A DNA stretch of 64,000 nucleotides from Octopus sinensis (lineage: Eukaryota). Under the pieces are notes generated by a model. The model saw nothing but the letters and a program-made list of their open reading frames with translations. It was not told the DNA's origin and made no database searches. Made by a program: the position numbers and the translations under genes. The stretch spans positions 51,398,001-51,462,000 of the forward strand of contig NC_043005.1 in assembly GCF_006345805.1 (NCBI RefSeq). Reading direction: 5' to 3'. Positions 25,340 to 36,416 of this stretch are shown here, piece after piece (within the stretch, counting starts at the first letter, position 1; each line of letters opens with the position of its first letter).

Positions 25340-25943
25340 TGCACCCACGCATACATACATGGCCTCAGGTATACGAACTATCAGTATGACGTTTGAGATT
25401 CGTCACTAGTGACGTCATAGACAATGTCGGGGGATTTTTATCAGCCTCGCATTGATATTTTTACCTTGCCGAGCTGACATTTTCTGTGTAAAAATCTAGC
25501 GTTAAATTTATTGACTGTCTGATTTGAGCCGTGTCTGACTGACTGACTGACTTCTCTTGTCGTTGAGGAAGAAATGTTTGTAAGTCGAAACACTTTCGCC
25601 TGACACGCAGCTTTTCTCTTTTCTTACTTTTTGCCTTTTGTTCTTTTTTATTTTGTAGCTTTTTGCTTTGCCCATGATCGTCAAGCAGGCTTACTCCATA
25701 GATACAAGCGTGGCTGTGTCATTAATGTCTATGTCCAGCCCGTAGCTACTATCTGTGTACTGCCCTTGTGGCGAATTAAATAAAATAAAGTAGTTTGCAT
25801 CCAAACCACGTGATTTCGGGTTTAATCTCCACTGCATGGCACGTTGGGCAGCCTCAATTTATAATGGACTATGAAGTCCAGTAATTGTAAGAACTGAGGT
25901 AAGATGTTTAATACCTCGTTTCGTTTCTTGAAGAACAATGTTT

Positions 25944-26371
25944 GGATCTTTTTGGTTCGAACGGCAGATTTTTCTATCGGTCTCATATGAAATTGTCACC
26001 TATAATTATGACCCTAGTATCGATCTATTGCATTTCAATATGTTTTAGGGTTAGGGTTAGTTAGGGTTAGGTGTGGGGGGAAGGGTATCTTTTTTTCTTC
26101 ACAAATGTAAATAAATCCAATCTGTTTCTTAAACGAGGGACATATTCATATGGCACAGAATGTTTTTTACCTCAATGGACGTAATTGATTGGTTGAAATT
26201 GCAGAAATTGAAGCAGAAAAAAAACAACAAATATCATACAAACTATAGAATTTTCTCAATAAAGCCAAGAGAAAAAGATGTTTTATAAAAACATTCTACC
26301 AGTATACGAAGTTTAAAATTTTTTAGTTACCTAGAAATTGTTGAAAACTGCCGTTCAAACCGAAAAGATCC
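25944..26371. mobile_element. GGATC-terminal TIR element with an 8-bp TSD (CAATGTTT) and internal TTAGGG repeats
   Basis: Termini GGATCTTTTTGGTTCGAACGGCAG...CTGCCGTTCAAACCGAAAAGATCC. TSD at 25936-25943 and 26372-26379. TTAGGG run at ~26045-26070. Confidence 0.85.
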
Positions 26372-26981
26372 CAATGTTTTAGAGAAACAGAAGATCGGCG
26401 GGCGCCTTTTGCTCCTCTCATTAGTATCATAATTTCGTTTATCATTTCATCTCATTAAAGTAATGTCCAGCCCGCAGTTACATCTATGTAATGCCCTTGT
26501 GGTAAATTATATGAATAAAAGTATCCTCTACTATAGCCCTGATTTGACCAAAGTCTTGTGAGTGAATTTCATAGACTAAAACTAAAAGAAGCCTATAGTG
26601 TGTGTGTGTGTGTATGGGGGGGGATGTGTATCTATGTTTGTGTTTGTCCCATCCACCACCACTTGAAAACCGGAGTTGGTTTGTTAACGTCCCTGTAACA
26701 GCGGTTCGACAAAAGGAAACTGATGTAATATGTACCTTACTTTAAAAAATAAATACTGGAATCATTCGTTCAACTAAACCAGTGATTCCCAACCAGGTCC
26801 ACATGATCCCTAGGTGGGGGGAGGGTCCACATAAGATTTTGTTGGTCATACTTCTATAATACAAAATAATTTAACAATTTTTTTTAGTTCTATATTTAAG
26901 AGATGAGGAATTATGTGCATTATTTACATCATTTACATAATTTACATTCGACAGATATTTGTCCTCATCTTGTTTGTTGTT

Positions 26982-27027
26982 AACACAACGTTTCAGTTGA
27001 TATACCCTCCAGCCTTCTTCAGGTGTC
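26982..27027 (-). ncRNA. Type I hammerhead ribozyme motif with intact core
   Basis: GACAC-CTGAAGA-A-GGCTG-GAGGGTATAT-CAACT-GAAAC-GTT-GTGTT. Stem I is GACAC/GTGTT, both core segments are intact, the triplet is GUU and stem III is the palindrome ACGT. Stem II has one mismatch and one wobble. Confidence 0.75.
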
Positions 27028-27099
27028 TTAGGGAAATTTCGAACCTGGGTTCTCATTCCTAAGGTATATTTCGATGTTGTTATTATTATTATTATTATT

Positions 27100-27138
<39 letters not shown>

Positions 27139-27158
27139 CAGGTCACTGCTTGGAATCG

Positions 27159-27930
27159 GGATCTTTTCCTTTTGAACGGCAGCTTTCAACACAATTTCTA
27201 GTTAACTAAACACTTTAAAACTTCGTATACTGGTAGAATGTGTCAAAATAAAACATTTTTTTGTCTTGGCTTTCTGAGAAAAATTGTAATTTGTTGTTTA
27301 ACGTAGTTTAATTTTTCGAATTTTAACCAATGAATCGCCTCTATTGAGCTAAAATCATTTGCTGCGTCTAAAACTGAGACAACATCTTGTCACTGTTATG
27401 TTTACGTTCGGAAAGCGTGTGTATAAAATTATAGAATTATTTTGTTTGTTAATTGTTTAAATTATTTTCCATTGCTTTCGTTTTAGCCTTTCGTTGTTTT
27501 TTTTTTTTTCTTAAGCAATGGAAAATAGTTTAAACAATACACGTGTATCTCAAAACAAAAACAAAACGAATAATTTTAGACACACGCGTAACAATTAAAT
27601 TAATTTAACAATTAAGAAAAAAAACGAAAGGCTAAAATTTAGGGTTAGGGTTAGGGTTAGTGTTAGGGTTAGGGTAGGGTTAGGGTTAGGGTCAGTGACA
27701 GGATGTTGTCTCAGTTTTAGACGCAGCAAATGATCTTAGCTAAATAGAGGCAATCGATTGGTTAAAATTCGAAAAATTAAACTATGTTAAACTTACAAAT
27801 TACAATTTTCTCAAGAAAGCCAAGAGAAAAATATGTTTTATTATGACACATTCTACCAGTATACGAAGTTTAAAAGTGTTAAGTTAACTAGAAATTGTGT
27901 TGAAAACTGCCGTTCAAAAGGAAAAGATCC
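27159..27930. mobile_element. 772-bp foldback-like element: ~235-bp TIRs, 8-bp TSD (TGGAATCG), internal (TTAGGG)n
   Basis: Arms 27159-~27395 and ~27692-27930 are reverse complements. TSD at 27151-27158 and 27931-27938. TTAGGG array at ~27638-27691. Confidence 0.9.
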
Positions 27931-28540
27931 TGGAATCGAACTCGGAATCTTGGGGTTAGTAGCCCGCGCTCTTTACCACTACTAGTGGTTAACCACTACT
28001 AATAGATAACCACGACGTCATATGCCACGAGCATATGGCATAATGATTAAGAGCGCGTTCTACTAACCCCAAGAGTCCGAGTTCGGTTCCAAGCAGTGAC
28101 CAAATTTATACTAAAGTTTGATGAAATGAAAGGAGCAGATATTAAACACAATGACAACCAATTGTTAATTTTGGCATACTTACACAAGCGTGCACTACCT
28201 CCACAACTTTCTTAATGGAATTTTCTTGAAATTTTTTAGCGTGGTTGTGTGGTAAAAAGTTTATTTTCCAATTACGTGGTTCCGGGTTCAGTCCTACTGC
28301 ACGGTACTTTGAGCAAGTATCTTCTGATATGACCTCGAACCGACAAAGGCTTGTGAGTGGATTTGGTACATGGAAACTGAAAGAAGAACCGACGATAATA
28401 CTCTATTGTACCAGTCTGATATTTAGATGTCCCCAATTGTTCAATTGCCTACCTATACACATATACACACGCACACATACATACACACACACACAAACAC
28501 ACAAACACGCACACACACACACACAGAAGCAAATGGAAAA

Positions 28541-28934
28541 TCTTTATATATAAAAGTGAAGTTGTGTGTCTGTCTCCTACGATTTAGATTCCTAACTACT
28601 CCCACATTTTGCGGTGCACTGTAACCAAAAGCGGGTATCTTATAGTCGTGATTCATATCGAGCCCTTCTGAGTATTAGCGCGCGTCTACGATGAGTCTAC
28701 GATTAAAAAAAAAAATTACCATCATTTTTTCCCATTTTAATGGATTTTTTTGCTATTATATAAGGGAAGTAACTCTCTAAAATGTATTATTTAACCTCAG
28801 AACGTAAAAAGCTACAGTAACACCCTCCTTTGTGATTAGCCATATTGAGATGGCTATTATACGTTACATCTCTAAAAAATGCTTATATAGTTATTTCCCT
28901 TACAAACCTGAGCAACGCCGGGCGATACTGCTAG
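28541..28934 (+). mobile_element. Non-autonomous Helitron, copy 4 (variant middle module)
   Basis: A|TC start, CTAG|T end and 3' hairpin. Its ~28784-28870 segment differs from copies 1-3. Confidence 0.85.
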
Positions 28935-29032
28935 TTAAAAATAAAACAAAACAACAAACGTCAAAAGGAGGTACAGACGGAATATATTAGGTTGATTATC
29001 AGTATAAGATAGAACGAAAAAAAAAAGTGAGT

Positions 29033-29067
29033 GTGCAACGTTTCGATCGTGGCTCTTCCTCAGAAAA
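29033..29067 (-). ncRNA. Degenerate minimal hammerhead motif
   Basis: CTGAGGA-A-GAGC-CAC-GATC-GAAAC-GTT. The core is intact but stem I pairs poorly. Confidence 0.5.
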
Positions 29068-29209
29068 AGGAGAGAAGAAAGGTCAAGAGAGAAGGAAAAC
29101 AGCCCAGGAAAAGCACGTGGGTGGTTACAAGGCTGAAGTGACCGGAAATGGAGAGTGATAGAGAAGGTTTTTTTTTTGTTTTGCTTTGTTCTTTTATCGC
29201 AGGAGTGAA

Positions 29210-29241
<32 letters not shown>

Positions 29242-30046
29242 GTACTACCGGTGTGCGTGCGTGTTTGTGCATACGTGTGTGATGAACGTGTAAAGGAGTT
29301 TTGCGGACAGGTCAACAGCCGAAGTCAGATTTGGCGGTGGGGGGGCGAGTGACAATTGTGAGTCGTTGATGTTGTGTGTGTGTACATGTGTTTGTGTGTG
29401 AGTACGTGTATATGGCCGTGTGTGAATATGCGTGTGTATGTATGTATGTATGTATGTTTGCGAGGGGAGGGAGTGAGAGGCGAGTTGACAAGGGTGAGTG
29501 CCTTGGTATTGCTGTGTGTGTGTACGTATGTGTTTGTGTGTGAGTGCGTATGTATTGGTGTATGTATGTATATGTGTGTATATGTATGTATGCGTGCGTG
29601 TGTGTGTGTGAGAGAGAGAGAGAAAGACAGACAGACAGAGACAGAGTATGTGGTAGGTATGTATGTAGTACGTAGGGGTGCAAGCTATGTATATGGGTGT
29701 GTGGAAGCGTGTGGATGCTGTTACTGGAAGTAGGCGGGGTATTCAGTCCAAACCGTATATATACAAAGGCGGCGAGCTGGCAGAAGCGTTAGCACGTCGG
29801 GCGAAATGCTAAGCGGTATTTCGTCTGCCATTACGTTCTGAGTTCAAATTCCGCCGAGGTTGACTTTGCCTTTCATCCTTTCGGGGTCGATAAATTAAGT
29901 ACCAGTTACGCACTGGGGTCGATGTAATCGACTTAATACCTATGTCTGTCCTTGTTTGTCCCCTCTATGTTTAGCCCCTTGTGGGTAATAATGAAATAGG
30001 TATATATACAAATGTGTGTGTACATCTCTGTTTCACACACACGCAC

Positions 30047-30094
<48 letters not shown>

Positions 30095-30865
30095 CACACA
30101 CACACACACACACTGCTTGACGAGCAGTTCGTCAAAATAGAGAATAAGTTAACAGGCTTTAGAAAAAAATATATGCACCATGGGGTCGATTCATTCGTCT
30201 AAACATTCTTCAAAGGTGGTGCTCCAGCATGGCCGCAAAGTAAAGAAAAAGAAAGAGAGATAAAAGAAAATACCTTTCAGATGATATAAACTACGATCAT
30301 ATCGGATTTAAATTGATGGGTGGCGAGATCGGCAGGTGCGCGCTCATACATGCTGACACACGTCACATATTTGTTTACAAAATTAAACTTTAAATTGTTG
30401 CAAAGAATTCCGTGATGTGTGTCAGAATCTATATGTACGAACGGACCATTCCCTTTAGTTCTTTTCACATTAAATTCCAGTACAGCTCCAATTTTGTTTC
30501 CTCATAACTTTCTGAAAAATGCATATTTTTTTAATGAAAATTTCCGTGAATACATTCTAGATGGTATAGATTCAGGTTATATCGGAATTCGTTGGGAAAA
30601 TTGTTTTCGGAAAAATTCCTAGAAAAGAGTTTCGTGGCTGTGTGGTAACACGCTTCCTTTTCCGTCACACGGTTCCAAGTTCAATCCCACTGCGTGGTAC
30701 TTTGGGCAAGTGTCTTCTACTACAGTCACTGCCCGACCAAAGCCTTGTGAGTGGATTTTGTAGACGGAAACTGAAAGAAGTCCGTCGTATATGTATATAT
30801 ATATGTATATATATATATATGTATATTATTATATATGTTAGATGTAATATATATATATATTATAT

Positions 30866-30896
<31 letters not shown>

Positions 30897-30904
30897 TGTA
30901 TGTA

Positions 30905-30939
<35 letters not shown>

Positions 30940-31059
30940 ATATATATATATATATATATATGTACTAATACATTTGTTTGTTTGTACTCCACCTGCCTTC
31001 GTCTTTGTTTATTTTCGTAACCTTCCCGTTATATATATATATGTATGTATATATGTATG

Positions 31060-31092
<33 letters not shown>

Positions 31093-31287
31093 TATATTAT
31101 CTCTATATATATATATATATATATATCATGTTACTATACTATATTTGTTTGTTTGTACTCCACCTGCCCACCCCTGCCTTCGTCTTTTGTTTTTTTTTCG
31201 TAAACCTTCCCGTTATATATATATGTATGTATATATTTATGTATGTATGTATATATATATATGTAATGCATATATATATAATATATA

Positions 31288-31348
<61 letters not shown>

Positions 31349-31372
31349 TATATATATTATATATAAATTAAA

Positions 31373-31927
31373 GGAAACACCTTGCATCATAGCATAATAA
31401 TTTTGAAATATCTATAAAACTGTCAAAAGCTTGTTTATTTTTAAGTTTTTTTTATCTTCAGTGTTGTTTAATATGTTTTGCTAAAATTGCTGTTTCTTTT
31501 TCAGATATCATCAGAAAAAGCTAATTAAAATTCATTAAAATGACAGATCTATCGGACTTTCAAAGAGATCAAATTGTTGGTGCTCGTATGGCAAGCACTA
31601 GCATAACGAAAACAAACGAAATGTTTGGTGTATCAAGAAGTACTGTCTCGAAAGTAATGACAGCCTTTGAGAAAGACGGAAAAACCTCCTCGTCGAAACA
31701 AAACTCCGGAAGAAAATCAAAGCTTGCAAACCACCTCGACAATGCAGTTTCCACAAAAACTGTTCTCTAGGAGCTGCACAAAACCGGATTTCACGAGAGG
31801 ACTGCAATCAGAAAAATACTACTTTCAAAAACAAACTATGCAAAACGTTTAGAGTGGAGTAAAAACCTACAGAATTGTTCCCGAAAGCAGTGGAAGGATG
31901 TTATTTTCTTGGACGAGTCATCCTTTG
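31373..31927 (+). pseudogene. Truncated Tc1-family transposon (transposase N-terminus)
   Basis: MTDLSDFQRDQIVGARMASTSITKTNEMFGVSRSTVSKV (paired-like HTH), ending just after the DES codons of the catalytic domain. Same family as 47410-48476. Confidence 0.85.
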
Positions 31928-32027
31928 CCTAGATAGATAGATAGATACAAAAACAAAAACAAAAAACAGATGATAGAGACAGGTGAGGGAACAACAAACA
32001 AGATCTATAAGTTAGTATATGTATATG

Positions 32028-32073
<46 letters not shown>

Positions 32074-33003
32074 ATATACGACGGTGCCTTGTTAAAAGAT
32101 TTGATTAAAATAACCCATTTTCTGAAAGTAACGAGGAAACAAGTCAACTCCTTTGAATTATTCGAAACTCTTCTCGTCCTCTCTGAAAAATTTTTCACAA
32201 CAAATTCCGATATAATTGGAATTTGCACTACCTGAAAAGTATTTGTAGAACATTTAATTAAATATATATTTCTTTACTACCCACAAGGGGCTAAACACAG
32301 AGGGGACAAACAAGGACAGACAAAGGTATTAAGTCGATTACATCGACCCCAGTGCGTAACTGGTACTTAATTTATCGACCCCGAAAGGATGAAAGGCAAA
32401 GTCGACCTCGGCGGAATTTGAACCCAGAACGCAACGGCAGACGAAATACGGCTACGCATTTCGCCCGGCTACGCATTCTGCCAGCTCGCCGCCAATTAAA
32501 TATATATATAATTAAATATATATTCATTGTCTGAAAGTCATGAGGAAACAAAAACGACAGCGAGAAGCACACTTGTGTAGGTATATGTTTCCTTGTACTG
32601 GTTTTTATTCTTTCCTTTTTATAGGTTTACGTAAAAGAATGAGATATGCTTCATATTAAGAAATTATTTATCTAACATAGATTAATCTCAGTAAATATTA
32701 AAACATTACTCAACAATTGTTAATTTACATGTAAAAGCATGTTTATCGACCATTCGAATGTGTCACGGGTGTCTCCTGACGATAAGGAATGGGTCATGAC
32801 CTCTAGGATTAGACGACATTCGTTTATTCTGTAAGGGAATAAACATGACGTCAGAAAAAAAATCCAGGAAATCGTCGCAGGAATAAACTAGTTACAATAC
32901 AAATGCATGCATAGACATATGCCCGTATGCATACATACATACATACATACATACATACATACATACATCATACATAGCGTGCATACATACATACATACAT
33001 ACA

Positions 33004-33034
<31 letters not shown>

Positions 33035-33125
33035 GTATGTACATACAATGTATGTACATACATAGCGTGCATAAATACTACATACATACATACATACATA
33101 CATACATACATACAACATACATATC

Positions 33126-34413
33126 GAACCTCCATCTTAAGAAAGTATGATGCTCCACCTCCTAACCAGCCTCTATCTCTGATTCCAACACGGCTTCGTG
33201 CCAAGAGATCATGCTTGACCAACTTACTAGTAATGGAAGAATTGGTGACGCGCATCCTCGATGATAGTGATGCTGTTGACATCGTTTTATTGGACTTTGC
33301 CAAAGCTTTTGACTCGGTAACCACCGCCTATTACTTGTCAAGCTTCAAGCATATAGTTTCCATCTCCGGATATTGTACGATGGGTTGGTGCCTTCCTCTC
33401 AGATCGCTCCTTCCAAGTCCAAGTTAATGGTTCGCGGTCCGACGTCTCCAGTGCGAGCAGTGGCGTGCCTCAAGGTTCAGTGCTTGGGCCCTTGTTGTTT
33501 TCTTAGTCTTCATAAATGACTTGCCCGACGACCTCACGCAACACACCCTTCTATTTGCCGAGGATATCAAACTGGTCGCTCCTCGCGGTGATATAGAGGA
33601 TCTTCGTCGATGCCGCCACCAAATGTGGAAGTGGTCTAACGATTGGGACCTGTGTCTGAACATGTCAAAATGCTGTCATCTGCCTGTTGGCTCTCTTCCT
33701 GCAACTCAACTTGATTTCGAGCCTGTCGTCTGCTGCTGGAGAGGACCGATCAGGTAAAGGACCTGGGTATCTTGGTGGATTCCTCCTTTTCGCCTTCGGC
33801 CCAGTGCGTCCATGCTGTCAACAAAGCACGCGGAATTCTGTTCTTGATTCGACGGTCATTCGGAATGCTCACAGCAGCCATATTCCTACCACTCTATGTC
33901 ACGCTGGTGAGACCCATATTGGAGTATTATCTCCTCAAAGACATACAACATCTCGAAAGAGTCCAGAAGCTGGCTAACCGCATGGTTCATGGTCTCAAAA
34001 ATTTGTCCTACAAAGAAAGGCTGAGGACGCTCGACCTTTATTCTCTTGAAAAACGCCGCTGCCGTGGTAATCTCATTCTCGCCCACAACATCATAAGCGG
34101 AAAGTGTAACCTCTCGAAAGAGCTGTTCTTCACTCCTGCTCCAGAGCGTCGGCTGCGGGGTCATTCCGAAAAGCTCTACCTGCGACGGTTTCATCTCAAT
34201 CGAAGGAGAGGAGCTTTCTCCGTCCGAGTTGCGGATCCGTGGAACAAGCTGCCAGACGAGATGGTGAAGATGCCGACGACCGCTTTGTTCAAAGCCTCCC
34301 TGGACCTCAAGTGGCCTGAACTCTTTACATGAACACCACCCTGTACTTAACTCCATGTCCCCCTACATGGCCTTGCTACTTGCTTTTGAGCCAAATTAAC
34401 TAACTAACTAACT
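33126..34413 (+). mobile_element. 5'-truncated CR1-clade LINE (RT C-terminal half, 3' UTR, (TAAC)n tail), frameshifted
   Basis: QHGFVP..SCLTNLL, DIVLLDFAKAFDSV, SGVPQGSVLG and LLFAEDIKL (YADD equivalent) motifs. C-terminus ends WNKLPDEMV...LDLKWPELFT. 3' stem CCATGT/ACATGG and a TAAC tail. Confidence 0.9.
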
Positions 34414-34839
34414 ACATACATACATACATACATACATACATACATACATACATACATACATACATACATACATACATACATACACACATATAAGGAGCAT
34501 TCTGTCGGTTCAACGAAACAGCTTGCTCGTGAAATTAACGTGCAAGTGGCTGAGCACTCCACAGACACGTGAACCCCTAACGTAGTTCTCAGGGAGATTC
34601 AGCGTGACACAGAGTGTGACAAGGCCGGTCCTTTGAACTACAGGTACAACTTAATTTTTGCCAGCTGAGTGGGCTGGAGCAACGGGAAATAAAGTATCTT
34701 GCTCAAGGACACAACGCGTCGCCGTGAATTGAACTCATGACCTTGCAATCGTGAGCCGAATGCCCTAACCACTAAGCCACGCGCCTTCACACGTACATAC
34801 ATACATACATACACATACATACATACATACATACATACA

Positions 34840-34870
<31 letters not shown>

Positions 34871-35098
34871 CTGTCTATCTGTCTATTTATCTATCTATCA
34901 TATTTCTTTCAGTCATTAGACTGCGGCCATACTGGAACACCGCCTTGAAGGATTTTGTTCAACAAATTGATTCCAATGCTTACATTTTTAAGCCTGGCAC
35001 TTATTCTATTGTCCTCTTTTCGCCGAACCGCTATGTTACAGGGATGTAAACAAACTAACACCGGTTGCTAAACGGTTTTGGAAACAAACACAAACACA

Positions 35099-35439
35099 TT
35101 TTGCGGACAGCAATCTCCGCCCACATAGCGATGAGCAGGGATATGGTCCGGGGGGAGCAAGAACGCCGGAGGTCTCAACTACCACAGGCTTAAACCATAA
35201 ACCTGTCGGAGAGCGACTGATATCTTGACAGTTTGCTTTTCTCAGCCTGACAAGCAGCGGAGCCTTGGTTGGTAGTTGACAACACCAAGTTGCCGCTGGA
35301 GGTGTCACAGCATGTGGAATCCCAGATGAGGATCCTACCGCCACGAAACGGGAAAATTGTCATACCGTCCGTCCTTTTACCGTCTCCTCGGTCTAGCCCC
35401 GCTGGCTCGAGCTGTGAAGGGATGCCAGCGACGTTTAGA
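35099..35439 (-). mobile_element. Fragment of a restriction-like-endonuclease (CRE-type) non-LTR retrotransposon
   Basis: GLDRGDGKRTDGMTIFPFRGGRILIWDSTCCDT...AACQAEKSKLSRYQSL matches the PD-(D/E)xK RLE pattern (DGKRPDG...WD.TC.DT...AA..AE..K..KY). Confidence 0.75.
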
Positions 35440-35440
35440 T

Positions 35441-35479
<39 letters not shown>

Positions 35480-35719
35480 TGTGTGTGTGTGTGTCTGTGT
35501 TTGTCCCTCTAGCATTGCTTGACAACCGATGCTGGTGTGTTTACGTCCCCGCCACTTAGCGGTTCGGCAAAAGAGACCGATAGAATAAGTACTGGGCTTA
35601 CAAAGAATAAGTCCCGGGGTCGATTTGCTCGACTAAAGGCGGTGCTCCAGCATGGCCGCAGTCAAATGACTGAAACAAGTAAAAGAGTAAAAGAGTATAT
35701 ATATATATATATATGTATA

Positions 35720-36120
35720 CCGGAGTAAGCACATAAATGTGAAACAAGGTGGAAAAAAAGAGTACTTAAATACCAGAGGTAGAGTTATATGCTTTATTTA
35801 AAAGCAGCAGAAATATAACAAAATCTGTTGCGCAGTTTCACGTACCCGTTCGTCAGACAGTTTTGTTAAAATGGAACAGAAATAACGATATAATCAAAAC
35901 TAGTTAAAGGAAACACCTTTAAAAGTGGATTTGTTTCATTGGTCCTTTCAATTAACGGTCTTAAGCATGCAATGAACAAAATAAAAGAATTCAATATAGA
36001 TTCATCTGTGATAAATTCGAAAACCTTAAATCGAAGAGTGGATTCAAAATACATAATGTAAATAATTACACACGAAATATAATTCAATTAATATATCAAA
36101 ACTAAAATTAAAATTTTCAC
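35720..36120 (-). mobile_element. Penelope-like element 3' remnant with a decayed hammerhead (35825-35860)
   Basis: CTGT-CTGACGA-ACG-GGTA-CGT-GAAAC-TGC-GCA-ACAG (stem I CTGT/ACAG, U16.1 mutated), lying downstream of a degenerate PLE-like C-terminal coding remnant. Confidence 0.55.
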
Positions 36121-36368
36121 GCGGCATTACATATTTTACAACAGTATATACCCATACTAGACCATCTATAATATATATATACATGCATATTCGAAGGTTA
36201 TAATGAACACAGGTCAGGTTCGTGTGTCATATAGCTAGCTAGAGGCGATGGCCTCTTGGAGCTAATCAACGGCAGCTTTAGTCTTATATTTATGGACTGC
36301 CATATTAGCTTGGCGATAACTGTTAATTTCCAGTACCGCTGCCGTAGTCTCCTTTGGAGAGACTTAGA

Positions 36369-36416
<48 letters not shown>

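Larger units (their letters stand above)
26886..28030 (-). mobile_element. tRNA-headed SINE-like element with a PLE-type hammerhead tail (interrupted by a 772-bp TIR element)
   Basis: On the minus strand: head with a TAGTGG A-box-like remnant and B box GAGTTCGATTCC (split by the insertion and its TSD), then (AAC)n(AAT)n, then a tail containing the hammerhead at 26982-27027. Confidence 0.75.

Noticed and set aside
26045-27691. TTAGGG runs as a true telomere or fusion site
   Set aside because: They are short, interstitial and enclosed by TIRs with TSDs.
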